This document shows, one piece after another, positions 18,011 to 27,300 of a DNA stretch of 32,000 nucleotides. Position numbers and translations under genes: made by a program. This DNA is from Microcystis aeruginosa NIES-843 (GTDB lineage Bacteria; Cyanobacteriota; Cyanobacteriia; Cyanobacteriales; Microcystaceae): the NCBI RefSeq assembly GCF_000010625.1, contig NC_010296.1, forward strand, positions 3,930,001 through 3,962,000, read 5' to 3'. Numbering within the stretch: position 1 is the first letter of the stretch; every line of letters starts with the position of its first letter. The notes under the pieces were generated by a model that was given only the letters and a program-made list of their open reading frames with translations, had not been told where the DNA came from and ran no database searches.

Positions 18011-20086
18011 TTAGCCGTTCCCTTTACTTTTGGTGATAATCGTCTCGGCCACGTTGCGGGGGACTTCTTCGTAATGGCTAAATTCCATGGTGAAGATGCC
18101 CCGTCCCTGGGTTTTGGAGCGAATATCAGTGGCGTAACCAAACATTTCCGCTAAGGGAACTTTAGCGGAGACTTTGGCGATGCCGGTCTCGGTTTCTTGA
18201 CCTTCGATTTGTCCCCGACGGGAGTTAAGATCACCGATGACGTTACCGATGAAGTCTTCGGGTACTTCCACCTCGACCTTCATCATCGGTTCTAGGAGAA
18301 CGGGGGTAGCTTTCATCACCGCTTCCTTAATCGCCATGGAACCGGCAATCTTAAAGGCCATCTCGGAGGAGTCCACATCGTGGAAAGAACCATCTACAAG
18401 GGTTGCTTTCAGGTCGATGACGGGATAACCCGCTACAATCCCCGATTCGCAAGCTTCTTTCATCCCTTGTTCTGACGGACTGATGTATTCTTTGGGGATA
18501 GCACCACCGACAATTTTGGAGACGAAGACAAAGCCAGATCCCGGTTCACCCGGTTCGAGTTCGATGACGACGTGGCCGTACTGCCCTTTACCGCCACTTT
18601 GACGGATAAATTTACCCTCAGCGCGCACGGGTTTCCGCACAGTTTCCCGATAGGCCACCTGGGGAGCGCCCACCGTCGCTTCGACTTTGTATTCCCGGAG
18701 CATTCGATCGACGAGAATTTCCAGGTGCAGTTCTCCCATCCCGGCGATTACCGTTTGATTGGTTTCGGGATCAACTTTGACCCGGAAGGTGGGATCTTCA
18801 TCGGAGAGAGCTTGCAGAGCTTTGCTGAGTTTCTCGATGTCCTGTTTGGTTTTCGGTTCCACCGCCACGGAGATAACCGGTTCGGGGATAAAGAGGGATT
18901 CTAGGATAATCGGGTTCTTATCATCACAGAGGGTATCCCCGGTAATGGTGTTTTTCAGCCCGATCGCCGCTCCTAGATCACCGGCGCGCAGTTCATCCAC
19001 TTCGATCCGTTCGTTGGATTTGAGGATGATCAGGCGAGCGATCCGTTCTTTGGTTCCTTTGGTGGAGTTGTAGGCGTAGCTGCCTTTGGCTAACACACCG
19101 GAATAGACCCGTAGGAAGGTTAAACGACCGAAGGGATCGGCCATGATTTTGAAGGCGAGGGCCGAGAAGGGCGCATCGTCCTTGGCTTCCCGGATTGCCT
19201 CGCTGCCATCGGGAAGAATCCCTTTAACGGCGGCTACTTCCGAGGGTGAGGGTAGGTAATCGACGACGGCATCGAGGAGCAGTTGTACCCCTTTATTTTT
19301 GAAAGCCGAGCCGCAGAGGACGGGAACAATTGTACCAGCAATCGTCCCTTCTCTGAGACCGCGTTTGATTTCGGCTTCGGTGAGTTCTTCACCTTCTAGA
19401 TATTTTTCTAGGAGTTCTTCATCAGCTTCCGCTACAGCTTCCACCAGCTGCACGCGGAATTCTTCGGCCTTTTCCAATAAGTCTTCGGGAATGTCGGTTT
19501 CTTCTATGTCTTTCCCTAGATCGTCCTTATATATATAGGCGCGCATCTTGACGAGATCAACGATCCCGCTCAGTTCGCTTTCCGCGCCGATCGGCATTTG
19601 GATGGGAACGGCGTTAGTTCTGAGGCGATCTCTTAATTGTTCGTAAACTTTGAAGAAGTTCGCCCCCGTTCTGTCCATTTTGTTGATAAAGGCAATCCGG
19701 GGTACTTTGTACCGATCGGCTTGTCTCCAGACGGTTTCTGATTGGGGTTGTACACCACCAACAGAGCAGAAAACCGCTACCACTCCATCGAGTACCCGCA
19801 TGGAACGTTCCACTTCAATGGTGAAATCGACGTGGCCGGGGGTGTCAATGATGTTGATGCGATGATCTTGCCAACTGGTACTGATGGCGGCGGCGGTGAT
19901 GGTGATTCCTCGCTCCCGTTCCTGTTCCATCCAGTCGGTAATTGCCGTTCCGTCGTGGACTTCGCCCAGTTTATGAGCGACTCCCGTGTAGAACAGGATT
20001 CTTTCTGTTGTCGTTGTTTTGCCCGCGTCTATATGAGCGGCGATTCCGATGTTTCGCACTCTCTCTAGCGGGATAGTCCGTGCCAC
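18011..20086 (-). CDS. fusA: Elongation factor G
   Basis: [33 protein letters not shown] and NKMDR. 691 aa, full length. Confidence 0.98.
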   Translation of the reverse strand: MARTIPLERVRNIGIAAHIDAGKTTTTERILFYTGVAHKLGEVHDGTAITDWMEQERERGITITAAAISTSWQDHRINIIDTPGHVDFTIEVERSMRVLDGVVAVFCSVGGVQPQSETVWRQADRYKVPRIAFINKMDRTGANFFKVYEQLRDRLRTNAVPIQMPIGAESELSGIVDLVKMRAYIYKDDLGKDIEETDIPEDLLEKAEEFRVQLVEAVAEADEELLEKYLEGEELTEAEIKRGLREGTIAGTIVPVLCGSAFKNKGVQLLLDAVVDYLPSPSEVAAVKGILPDGSEAIREAKDDAPFSALAFKIMADPFGRLTFLRVYSGVLAKGSYAYNSTKGTKERIARLIILKSNERIEVDELRAGDLGAAIGLKNTITGDTLCDDKNPIILESLFIPEPVISVAVEPKTKQDIEKLSKALQALSDEDPTFRVKVDPETNQTVIAGMGELHLEILVDRMLREYKVEATVGAPQVAYRETVRKPVRAEGKFIRQSGGKGQYGHVVIELEPGEPGSGFVFVSKIVGGAIPKEYISPSEQGMKEACESGIVAGYPVIDLKATLVDGSFHDVDSSEMAFKIAGSMAIKEAVMKATPVLLEPMMKVEVEVPEDFIGNVIGDLNSRRGQIEGQETETGIAKVSAKVPLAEMFGYATDIRSKTQGRGIFTMEFSHYEEVPRNVAETIITKSKGNG

Positions 20087-20217
20087 AGCAACCTCCTTGC
20101 TTTGCTTGCCAGTGATGGGATTTTGTTCTAGGATTTTTTACACTATTTACAATTCTATACTTTTCTTGACAGTTTTTTGGCGGCAGCGGTGTAGTCCACC
20201 GCCCTTAAAGTATCTTT

Positions 20218-20688
20218 TTAGTAACGATAGTGGGCAAAGGCTTTGTTTGCCTCTGCCATCCGGTGGGTTTCTTCCCGTTTTTTGATCGTGCCGCCGGTTT
20301 CATTGGCCGCATCCATGATCTCGTTAGCTAGTTTACCTGCCATGGTTTTGCCGCCTCTAGTCCGAGCATAATGGACTAACCAGCGTAGTGCCAAGGTACT
20401 ACCACGATTGCTCCGTACTTCCATCGGTACTTGATAGGTGGCTCCACCGACCCGGCGGGCTTTCACTTCCACTAGGGGAGTGGCGTTTTTAACGGCTTTT
20501 TCAAATACTTCTAGGGGTTCTTGACCGGTACGTTCGCCGACGGTTTTCAGGGCATCGTAAACGATGTTAGCGGCCAAGGATTTTTTGCCCGATCGCATGA
20601 TCCGGCGGATGGTCATGCTGACTAAACAGCTATTGTAAACGGGATCGGGGGGAATAGGACGTTTTTTGACGTTTTTACGGCGAGACAT
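20218..20688 (-). CDS. rpsG: 30S ribosomal protein S7
   Basis: [20 protein letters not shown]...[20 protein letters not shown]. 156 aa. Confidence 0.96.
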   Translation of the reverse strand: MSRRKNVKKRPIPPDPVYNSCLVSMTIRRIMRSGKKSLAANIVYDALKTVGERTGQEPLEVFEKAVKNATPLVEVKARRVGGATYQVPMEVRSNRGSTLALRWLVHYARTRGGKTMAGKLANEIMDAANETGGTIKKREETHRMAEANKAFAHYRY

Positions 20689-20843
20689 CGGAATATTCCT
20701 GAATTTTCTAGGTTAACTTTAACTTTTGCTTGACAGTCGGATGATTACAGCCCATCTCAAACCCCCTCCTGCGAGTTTTCAGTCTCTTGGGTTAACTTTG
20801 ACCGACTCGGTGGGAGTATTTTTTTGGTTAATCAATTCCCTGT

Positions 20844-21227
20844 TTATTTAGCGGCGGGTTTGGGGCGTTTGGTTCCGTACTTAGAGCGCGCCTTTTGACG
20901 GTTTTTCACCCCAGTGGCATCGAGGGTGCCGCGAATGATGTGATATCTGACTCCGGGTAGATCTTTGACCCGACCGCCCCGAATCAGGACGACCGAGTGT
21001 TCTTGCAGGTTATGACCGATGCCCGGGATGTAGGCTGTCACCTCAAATCCAGAGGTCAAACGTACCCTAGCCACTTTCCGTAGGGCTGAGTTGGGTTTTT
21101 TCGGTGTGGTGGTATATACTCTTGTACAAACTCCCCGACGTTGGGGGCATTGTTTGAGGGCGGGAGATTTGGTTTTTCTTTTCGCTTTGGATCTTTCGTC
21201 GCGTATTAATTGCTGAATGGTGGGCAT
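20844..21227 (-). CDS. rpsL: 30S ribosomal protein S12
   Basis: MPTIQQLIR...[55 protein letters not shown]. 127 aa. Confidence 0.96.
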   Translation of the reverse strand: MPTIQQLIRDERSKAKRKTKSPALKQCPQRRGVCTRVYTTTPKKPNSALRKVARVRLTSGFEVTAYIPGIGHNLQEHSVVLIRGGRVKDLPGVRYHIIRGTLDATGVKNRQKARSKYGTKRPKPAAK

Positions 21228-21293
21228 GATAGGGCTGTATCTAAGGTTACTCTGAACTCCTATTACCGAAGGTCAAATCGTTGACAAAAGGTC

Positions 21294-21323
21294 ATTATAG
21301 CAAATTGTTGCTGTTGTTGTCAA
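21294..21323 (-). promoter_or_regulatory. Candidate sigma70-type promoter of the str operon
   Basis: The minus strand reads TTGACA (21323-21318), an 18-nt spacer, then TATAAT (21299-21294). Both hexamers are perfect consensus, about 67 nt upstream of the rpsL ATG. Confidence 0.55.
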
Positions 21324-21602
21324 GTCCGCGATTGTGCTTTTCTCCGGTTTAGATGTTAGAGATTGTCTTTTTCTTGGGCGGCGGCGGCACTCAATTCGGG
21401 CGTTATTAGGCGATAAAATTACAGCTTCGTTGTTTTGGCTTGATAGTGCGATTTTAGCGATAATTATCACCTGATTAATCGGCCAACGTCTGAAAAGCTG
21501 TCTCTAGCTAACCTCATTTTCAGAACTGGTGTCTAGACTATTAGCTCTTAACGATATATTTAGAGCGTTTGTACTGGATGCAACCCAGGTGTGCTGCCAT
21601 AA

Positions 21603-21633
21603 AATATTGTTAACCTTTGAGGTTAACAATATT
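21603..21633. promoter_or_regulatory. Perfect palindrome (13-bp arms, 5-bp centre): candidate operator of the HigB-like/HigA-ImmA operon
   Basis: AATATTGTTAACC TTTGA GGTTAACAATATT read directly, ending 16 nt upstream of the ATG at 21650. Confidence 0.55.
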
Positions 21634-21649
21634 ACAAGGGTCATCTACA

Positions 21650-21985
21650 ATGGATATTGTATTTAAGGAAAAAAAATTTGAGAACGAATGCAATAGCCAA
21701 AGACTACTGAAAAAACAGTATGGAGAGAAGATGGCTAAGAAAATCAGGCAAAGACTCGACGACTTAAAAGCAGTTATTGTCCTGGAGGAAATGCGATCGC
21801 TGCCGGGACGTTGCCACGAATTGTTATATAACCGTGCTGGACAACTATCTTTAGATTTAGTTCATCCCCTCAGACTAATTTTTGAGCCAGCTAATATACC
21901 GATTCCTCAAAAAGCAGACGGGGGAATTGATTGGAAGAAAGTAACCGCAGTCGTAATTATTGGCATAGATGACACCCATGACTAA
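21650..21985 (+). CDS. HigB-like toxin (RelE/ParE superfamily, plasmid-maintenance-killer type)
   Basis: MDIVFKEKKFENECNS...AKKIRQRLDDLKAV..LEEMRSLPGRCHELLYNRAGQLSLDLVHPLRLIFEP...IIGIDDTHD follows the COG3549/HigB pattern: F-x-K..., an RL..L.A helix, PG..HEL..xR.GQ.S, RLIF, and a terminal DxH. ATG at 21650 is preferred over the track's TTG at 21617, which lies inside the palindrome. Confidence 0.7.
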   Translation: MDIVFKEKKFENECNSQRLLKKQYGEKMAKKIRQRLDDLKAVIVLEEMRSLPGRCHELLYNRAGQLSLDLVHPLRLIFEPANIPIPQKADGGIDWKKVTAVVIIGIDDTHD

Positions 21986-23135
21986 TACTATTGAGAACAG
22001 ATATGCACCGGATTTTATTTCTCCACCGGGAGAAACCCTTGCCGAAATCCTAGAAGAAAGAAATATGTCTCAATCGGAACTCGCCCAACGCATGGGCAGA
22101 CCAAAAAAGACTATCAATGAGATCATAAAAGGTAAAGCGGAGATTACTATCGATACCGCCTTACAGATAGAGTTAGTGTTAGGAACTCCCGCCAGTTTCT
22201 GGATAGAGCGCGAAAGACTTTATCGGGAATATTTAGCGAGAAAAAATGAGAATCAAAGATTAAAAGGTTATTTAGGCTGGTTAAAACAAATTCCTTATCG
22301 GCAGATGACTGAATTAGGCTGGCTCAAGTTTGATGAGGATAAAATAGAGCAATTACGAGAGAGCTTGAATTTTTTTGCCGTTGTCTCCCCTGAGCAATGG
22401 GAGGAGATTTGGGGGAGAAATTTATCGATTGATTTTAGAAAGTCTCAAGCATTTGATAGCGATCGAGGGGCAATAACAGCATGGTTACGTCAAGGAGAAA
22501 TAGAAGCATCGAAAATTAATTGTGCTGATTACAACGAGTTGAAATTCAGAGATGCCTTGCGACAAATTCGTTCGTTAACTATTAAGTCTATCGAGGTATT
22601 TCAACCGCAAATGATCGAGCTTTGTGCGGCAGCGGGGGTTGCCTTAGCCTTTGTCCCTGAACTTCCGAAAACAAGGGTACACGGTGCTACCCGTTGGTTA
22701 GATTCTCACAGAGCTTTAATTCAATTGAGCGATCGATACAAAACAAATGATCATTTTTGGTTTTCTTTTTTTCATGAAGCTGGTCATATTTTATTACATG
22801 GGAAACGAACTTTATTTTTAGAGGGGCAAGATATTCAAGATACAATTAAAGAAAAAGAGGCGGATGTTTTTGCGGCTAATTTCTTAATTGATCCCAGAGA
22901 TTGGCAGAGATTTATCGCCAATAATTCTCTGAATAGAAAAGCTATTAATCAATTTGCCGAACAACTAGGAATACACCCTGGTATTATTGTTGGTAGAATG
23001 CAACATGAGCAAATTATTTCTTATCAAAACTGTAATGATCTCAAGGAGAAATATTGTCTAAATACGCAAGATTCCTTTTTGGGATTGACGAGCGACTCCC
23101 CAAAAGGAAAACTTCCTATCTCACCATTAAGATAA
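21969..23135 (+). CDS. Fusion protein: HigA/VapI-type XRE helix-turn-helix antitoxin domain + ImmA/IrrE (COG2856) zinc metallopeptidase domain
   Basis: The N-terminal PPGETLAEILEERNMSQSELAQRMGRPKKTINEIIKGKAEITIDTALQIELVLGTPASFW is a HigA-type HTH. The C-terminal FFHEAGHILLHG holds an HExxH at 22773-22787, with a downstream E (EKEADVFAANFLI), as in ImmA/IrrE. The start overlaps the toxin stop by 17 nt, or by 8 nt if ATG at 21978 is used. Confidence 0.8.
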   Translation: MTPMTNTIENRYAPDFISPPGETLAEILEERNMSQSELAQRMGRPKKTINEIIKGKAEITIDTALQIELVLGTPASFWIERERLYREYLARKNENQRLKGYLGWLKQIPYRQMTELGWLKFDEDKIEQLRESLNFFAVVSPEQWEEIWGRNLSIDFRKSQAFDSDRGAITAWLRQGEIEASKINCADYNELKFRDALRQIRSLTIKSIEVFQPQMIELCAAAGVALAFVPELPKTRVHGATRWLDSHRALIQLSDRYKTNDHFWFSFFHEAGHILLHGKRTLFLEGQDIQDTIKEKEADVFAANFLIDPRDWQRFIANNSLNRKAINQFAEQLGIHPGIIVGRMQHEQIISYQNCNDLKEKYCLNTQDSFLGLTSDSPKGKLPISPLR

Positions 23136-23243
23136 CTGCTGTAAGCGGAGATTACTAAGGATAAATTTGGCAATAATTGACAAAATTAGCATCAGAGAAA
23201 CAAAATTGCGATAAAATCAAAAAAAGTCAGGGAGAGGACAGCT

Positions 23244-24440
23244 ATGCTCGATCTTGCGAGATTAGCGGCAAAAATGCCAGGAATCAGTCAACATTTTCAA
23301 CAGGAAGTGACAGCTAGTCGCGAGCGAGTGCAACGGGCTAAAATTCTTTTGGAACAAGCTCAACAGCAACAGGAAAAACTGCTAGAACTCTATCATAACT
23401 GGCACGATCGCCTAATTTTCTCTGTCGCGCTACCGATCGAACCTCTCGACACCCGCGTTACTATCCTTCCCGCTCCCGAAAGTCATAGCGTTTTTGCCAC
23501 GGATGGTTCCCAGATTGCCCCTTCCCACCACGAAATCGCCTACTGTTATCTAATTAATATCGGTAGGATTATGTTGCACTATGGTCAAAATTTGCACCCG
23601 CTCCTCGATAGCATTCCCGAAGTCTATTACAAATCAGAAGACCTCTACATTTCTAAACAGTGGGGTATTCGCGTCGATGAGTGGATGAGTTATCGTCGGA
23701 CGGTATTAGAAAGCCAAATGTTAGCGGAAATGGCTACTCGTTGGGTAAAACCCCCCGGCGCCCATTATGAACCAAATTTAGCCCTCGTGGATGGTTCTTT
23801 GATCTATTGGTTTATCGATAGTCTCCCCCCAGAAGCAAAAGATTTAATTTTGCCACCGATTTTTCAGTCTTGGGACGATTTGCGATCGGCTAAAATCCCG
23901 CTTATAGGTTATATTAGTGCTTCTCGTAGCACGGAAGGCTTAAATTTCCTGCGTTTACAATCTTGTCCCCATGATACTCCCAATTGCTTGATCAATTGCG
24001 GTGATTTAGACCCAGAAAAAACCCCTTGTCGCGTTGTCGATCCTCTCCGGGATGCTTCTCTCTGGGGTTATTTATTGGAACCAGGGCAAAGAAGTCCTTT
24101 TTGGCGCAGTTCTTTGAAAATACTCGATCTTTATGGGGATGAACATCGCATTTACTTCTGTTATCTCCATGTGGGGACGGAAATCGCTAGGGTAGAGGTT
24201 CCTGCTTGGGTGGTGGAGGAGCGAGAATTACTCGATCGCTCTTTGAGTATTTTACTGGCCCAGGTGTTAAAAGGTTATGGTTATCCGATCGCCTTAGCGG
24301 AAGCGCACAATTTAGCGGTGATTAAAGGTGGCGATCGCTTGCGTTTTTTTGCTCTTTTGGAACAACAGATGATTAAAGTCGGTTTACAGGATGTGGGAAC
24401 ATCTTATAAGGAAGCGAGAAAGCGCAGTAGTATCGCTTAA
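23244..24440 (+). CDS. NurA-like nuclease domain protein
   Basis: FATDGSQIAPSHHEI, LALVDGSLIYWF, GYISASRS and the C-terminal GYGYPIALAEAHNLAVIKG resemble the NurA catalytic Asp/His blocks. 398 aa. The assignment is from motif memory, not a search. Confidence 0.55.
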   Translation: MLDLARLAAKMPGISQHFQQEVTASRERVQRAKILLEQAQQQQEKLLELYHNWHDRLIFSVALPIEPLDTRVTILPAPESHSVFATDGSQIAPSHHEIAYCYLINIGRIMLHYGQNLHPLLDSIPEVYYKSEDLYISKQWGIRVDEWMSYRRTVLESQMLAEMATRWVKPPGAHYEPNLALVDGSLIYWFIDSLPPEAKDLILPPIFQSWDDLRSAKIPLIGYISASRSTEGLNFLRLQSCPHDTPNCLINCGDLDPEKTPCRVVDPLRDASLWGYLLEPGQRSPFWRSSLKILDLYGDEHRIYFCYLHVGTEIARVEVPAWVVEERELLDRSLSILLAQVLKGYGYPIALAEAHNLAVIKGGDRLRFFALLEQQMIKVGLQDVGTSYKEARKRSSIA

Positions 24441-24468
24441 TTGAGTAGGCAGCAGATGGGGAGTGGTT

Positions 24469-24539
24469 ATACTAAATCCAGTTATTGCATGAGTGCCTCT
24501 CCTGATATGTAGCCTATACTCAAGGGATTTAGTATTACT
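24469..24539 (+). repeat. Dispersed ~52-bp repeat, copy B, here closed by an 11-bp inverted repeat
   Basis: The core CATGAGTGCCTCTCCTGATATGTAGCCTATACTCA (24488-24522) is identical to copy C. ATACTAAATCC (24469-24479) pairs with GGATTTAGTAT (24525-24535). Confidence 0.85.
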
Positions 24540-24703
24540 TCCGATTTTATCGCTCAATCCAAGCTTTTGGGGGGTTCTACCCCCCAAACCCCCCGTTGGA
24601 GGCGTGGCGCCGCCCCCAAACCCCGGAGCGCATTAGTTTTTCGGTGGGATGCTTACACGCAGCTGCTGACACATCTGTAATAATTTAAGAGTCACTCCAC
24701 TTC

Positions 24704-24755
24704 CATGAGTGCCTCTCCTGATATGTAGCCTATACTCAGCGGATTTAGTATCACT
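24704..24755 (+). repeat. Dispersed ~52-bp repeat, copy C
   Basis: CATGAGTGCCTCTCCTGATATGTAGCCTATACTCAGCGGATTTAGTATCACT. The 35-bp core is identical to copy B, 216 bp upstream. Confidence 0.85.
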
Positions 24756-24778
24756 GATAACTGATAACTGATAACTGA
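24753..24778. repeat. Heptamer tandem array ACTGATA x3.7
   Basis: Read directly; abuts repeat copy C and the NYN-gene terminator hairpin. Confidence 0.85.
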
Positions 24779-24801
24779 AAAAGGTGGGAATTACCCACCT
24801 T
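24776..24801 (-). terminator. Candidate rho-independent terminator of the NYN-domain gene
   Basis: Stem AAGGTGGG / CCCACCTT with an AATTA loop. On the minus strand it is followed by TTTTTC. It lies 25 nt downstream of the stop at 24826. Confidence 0.5.
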
Positions 24802-24825
24802 AAACTTGATTTTTGCTGAATTGTT

Positions 24826-25431
24826 CTAGCGACTGCTACGATCTTGGTCCAAGACGCTGACAGGGAAATTATTATAACCAACGTGATGCTTGCTGGTTTT
24901 TTGAATTTCTTCTTTAATTTGATCTAGATCAACATAGCGATCGGCTACATTAATTAAACTATCACTGGTCATCGATCGCAAACTAACCACTTCCACTCGC
25001 GCACCACGGTAACTGACGGAATCGGCAGCATAGGCCAAATCCCCATCACCACTGACAATTACTGCGGTATCATAGGAACCCACTAGCGCCATTAAATCCA
25101 CGGCAATTTCCACGTCAAGATTGGCTTTTTTGGAACCATCGGGCAATTGTACTAGATCTTTAGCGATGACTCGATAACCGTTGCGACGCATCCAGAGGAG
25201 GAATCCCTGCTGTTTTTCGTTAGTGCGATCAACTCCAGTATAAAAGAAGGCGCGCAAGAGACGAGAACCGGCAGTTAAACGACAAAGTAATTTGGTGTAG
25301 TCAATTTCGATACCTAATTGCAGAGCCGCATAAAATAAATTGGAACCATCGATGAAAATCGCCACACGACCGCGATTTTCTAGCACTTGTTCGGGGGTGA
25401 AGACTGGGGCCGTGTCATAATCATCAAACAT
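24826..25431 (-). CDS. NYN-domain (LabA/DUF88-like) protein
   Basis: VAIFIDGSNLFYAA...IDYTKLL...RAFFYTG...DVEIAVDL...AVIVSGDGDLAYA is the NYN/LabA acidic-residue pattern. 201 aa. Confidence 0.8.
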   Translation of the reverse strand: MFDDYDTAPVFTPEQVLENRGRVAIFIDGSNLFYAALQLGIEIDYTKLLCRLTAGSRLLRAFFYTGVDRTNEKQQGFLLWMRRNGYRVIAKDLVQLPDGSKKANLDVEIAVDLMALVGSYDTAVIVSGDGDLAYAADSVSYRGARVEVVSLRSMTSDSLINVADRYVDLDQIKEEIQKTSKHHVGYNNFPVSVLDQDRSSR

Positions 25432-25531
25432 TTTATTTTTCCTCGTTTGTTAAAAGTTTAGTGTTGATTGTTTGCCAGTTGTATCCGAAAGGACAACAGA
25501 CCTTAAAAAATAGAGTTATTAAAAAATTCCT

Positions 25532-27145
25532 TTAGGAATCGTTTAACGGCAGTTCTAGTTTAGAAAAGATCGGTTCAGGTGTTCCTAGTTGTGGATTTGT
25601 GGGTAATCCCCATTGACAGTGTTGGGAAAAAGAGACACCATCAGGGGGGTCTTCCCCATCCTCCGACCTGAAAGTATTAAAATCAATAACAAAACCTAGT
25701 TGTTGATAAATTTTACTGCTCAAGGTCGGTATTATCGGTGAAAGTAGGTAGGCAGAGAGTCTTACTGATTCCAAAACTGCGTAGAGGACTTGTTCTACTG
25801 CTGCCTGTTGTTTCTGTTTAAATAAACTCCAGGGCGCACTCTCATCGATAAACTTGTTACTAGCACGAATTAACGCCAATATTTCCTCACAGGCTTGATT
25901 AAATTGTAGCGCATCGTACTTCTGTTCAACAATGCCCCCTAGATTGATCCCCATATTCTTAAGACGATTATCGTTCGGGATATCTACGCCAGTCAACTGG
26001 GGGGGGATATTTTGGCAGTATTTTTTAACCATGCCTAGGGTGCGATTGAGGAGGTTGCCTAAATCGTTGGCTAAATCCGCGTTAAGAATATTAACAAATC
26101 TGGTTTCCTGAAAATCGCCATCCTGTCCTAATTCAATCTCTTTGACGAAATAGTAACGGACGGCATCGGCCCCATAGCGATCAACCAAATCGAAGGGATC
26201 GAGGGTATTACCGAGACTTTTGCCCATTTTCCGCCCGTCTTTGGTCAAAAAGCCGTGGCCGAAGACTCTTTTAGGCAAGGGTAAACCCGCCGACATTAGC
26301 ATAGCTGGCCAATAAATGGCATGGAATCTTAATATATCTTTACCGATCAGATGCAGATCGATCGGCCACCATTTGGCCAAGGCATTTTCTAGGGTGGGTT
26401 CGTCTTCGGGGTCGAGAAGGGCGGTAACATAGCCAAGAAGGGCATCAAACCAAACGTAGATGGTATGCTGACCATCGTGGGGAATGGGAAACCCCCAAGC
26501 CACATTAACCCTAGAGATGGAGAAGTCCTGTAGTCCTTGGTTGACGAAGTTGAGAACCTCATTACGTCGGCTTTCCGGTTGAATAAAATCGGGTTGTTCT
26601 TGGTAAAATTGTTCTAGTTGCGTCTGATACTTAGAGAGACGGAAAAAATAGTTTTCCTCGTCGCGCCATTCGGCGGCCAGATTAGTATGAATGGGACAAC
26701 AGCCATTATCTAACAGTTCTCTTTTTTCCTTAAATTCTTCACAGGCGACGCAATACCAACCCTGTTGGCGATCGAGATAGATATCGCCCTTTTCCCAGAC
26801 TCTTTCAAAAAATTCGTTAACAATTGCCTGATGACGGGGGGCAGTGGTGCGACTAAAGCGATCATACTGGATGTGTAGCTTTGCCCAGAGATTGGCAAAA
26901 CTGGTGGCAATGCGATCGCAGTGTTCCTGGGGATTGAGTCCTTTGGCTGCCGCAGTCCGTTCGATTTTCTGTCCGTGTTCGTCGGTTCCTGTAATCAGGA
27001 GGACAGAATTGCCCTGTAACCGCTGCCATCGTGCCATAACATCCGCTACGATCGTTGTGTAAGCACTGCCGATGTGAGGGATATCGTTGACATAATAAAG
27101 AGGTGTTGTTAAAGCAAATGTTTTTCGCTCATTTAAATCATTCAT
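25532..27145 (-). CDS. metG: Methionine--tRNA ligase
   Basis: TTPLYYVNDIPHIGSAYTT (HIGH-type motif), a zinc knuckle (CVACEEF...CPIH), and KMGKSLGN (KMSKS). 537 aa. Confidence 0.95.
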   Translation of the reverse strand: MNDLNERKTFALTTPLYYVNDIPHIGSAYTTIVADVMARWQRLQGNSVLLITGTDEHGQKIERTAAAKGLNPQEHCDRIATSFANLWAKLHIQYDRFSRTTAPRHQAIVNEFFERVWEKGDIYLDRQQGWYCVACEEFKEKRELLDNGCCPIHTNLAAEWRDEENYFFRLSKYQTQLEQFYQEQPDFIQPESRRNEVLNFVNQGLQDFSISRVNVAWGFPIPHDGQHTIYVWFDALLGYVTALLDPEDEPTLENALAKWWPIDLHLIGKDILRFHAIYWPAMLMSAGLPLPKRVFGHGFLTKDGRKMGKSLGNTLDPFDLVDRYGADAVRYYFVKEIELGQDGDFQETRFVNILNADLANDLGNLLNRTLGMVKKYCQNIPPQLTGVDIPNDNRLKNMGINLGGIVEQKYDALQFNQACEEILALIRASNKFIDESAPWSLFKQKQQAAVEQVLYAVLESVRLSAYLLSPIIPTLSSKIYQQLGFVIDFNTFRSEDGEDPPDGVSFSQHCQWGLPTNPQLGTPEPIFSKLELPLNDS

Positions 27146-27300
27146 GAAATTTATTTTTTTAAATAGACGAGGCTGCCCCGAGGCTGATCCGTAGATGATT
27201 GGGACATAATCCCTATATTTTATGATCCTCTAATTCTGTTTTATCCTTTAGTTGTGATCTAAGTCAATAAAAACAATCTTAAGGCCGATTTTTTTTTTCC

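Noticed and set aside
16921-20068. Numerous 60-110 aa plus-strand ORFs in the track inside tuf and fusA (for example 16921-17235, 16923-17255, 17502-17753, 18572-18904, 18759-19073, 19742-20068)
   Set aside because: They lie antisense to two of the most conserved genes known and have no recognisable motifs. They are the usual shadow ORFs of highly expressed, codon-biased genes.
21273-21470. 65-aa minus-strand ORF upstream of rpsL
   Set aside because: It has no motif and overlaps the consensus promoter and 5' region of the str operon. It is most likely non-coding leader or promoter DNA.
21617-21649. TTG start at 21617 for the HigB-like ORF (MRLTILQGSST…)
   Set aside because: The TTG lies inside the 31-bp palindromic operator. 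The family-typical N-terminus begins at the ATG at 21650 (MDIVFKEKKF).
24384-24881. Two minus-strand ORFs (24384-24587 and 24633-24881) sharing the peptide EYRLHIRRGTH, which might suggest a paralogous small-protein family
   Set aside because: The shared peptide is the translation of the ~52-bp dispersed DNA repeat, and the flanks are unrelated. The second ORF also overlaps the NYN gene's 3' end and its terminator.
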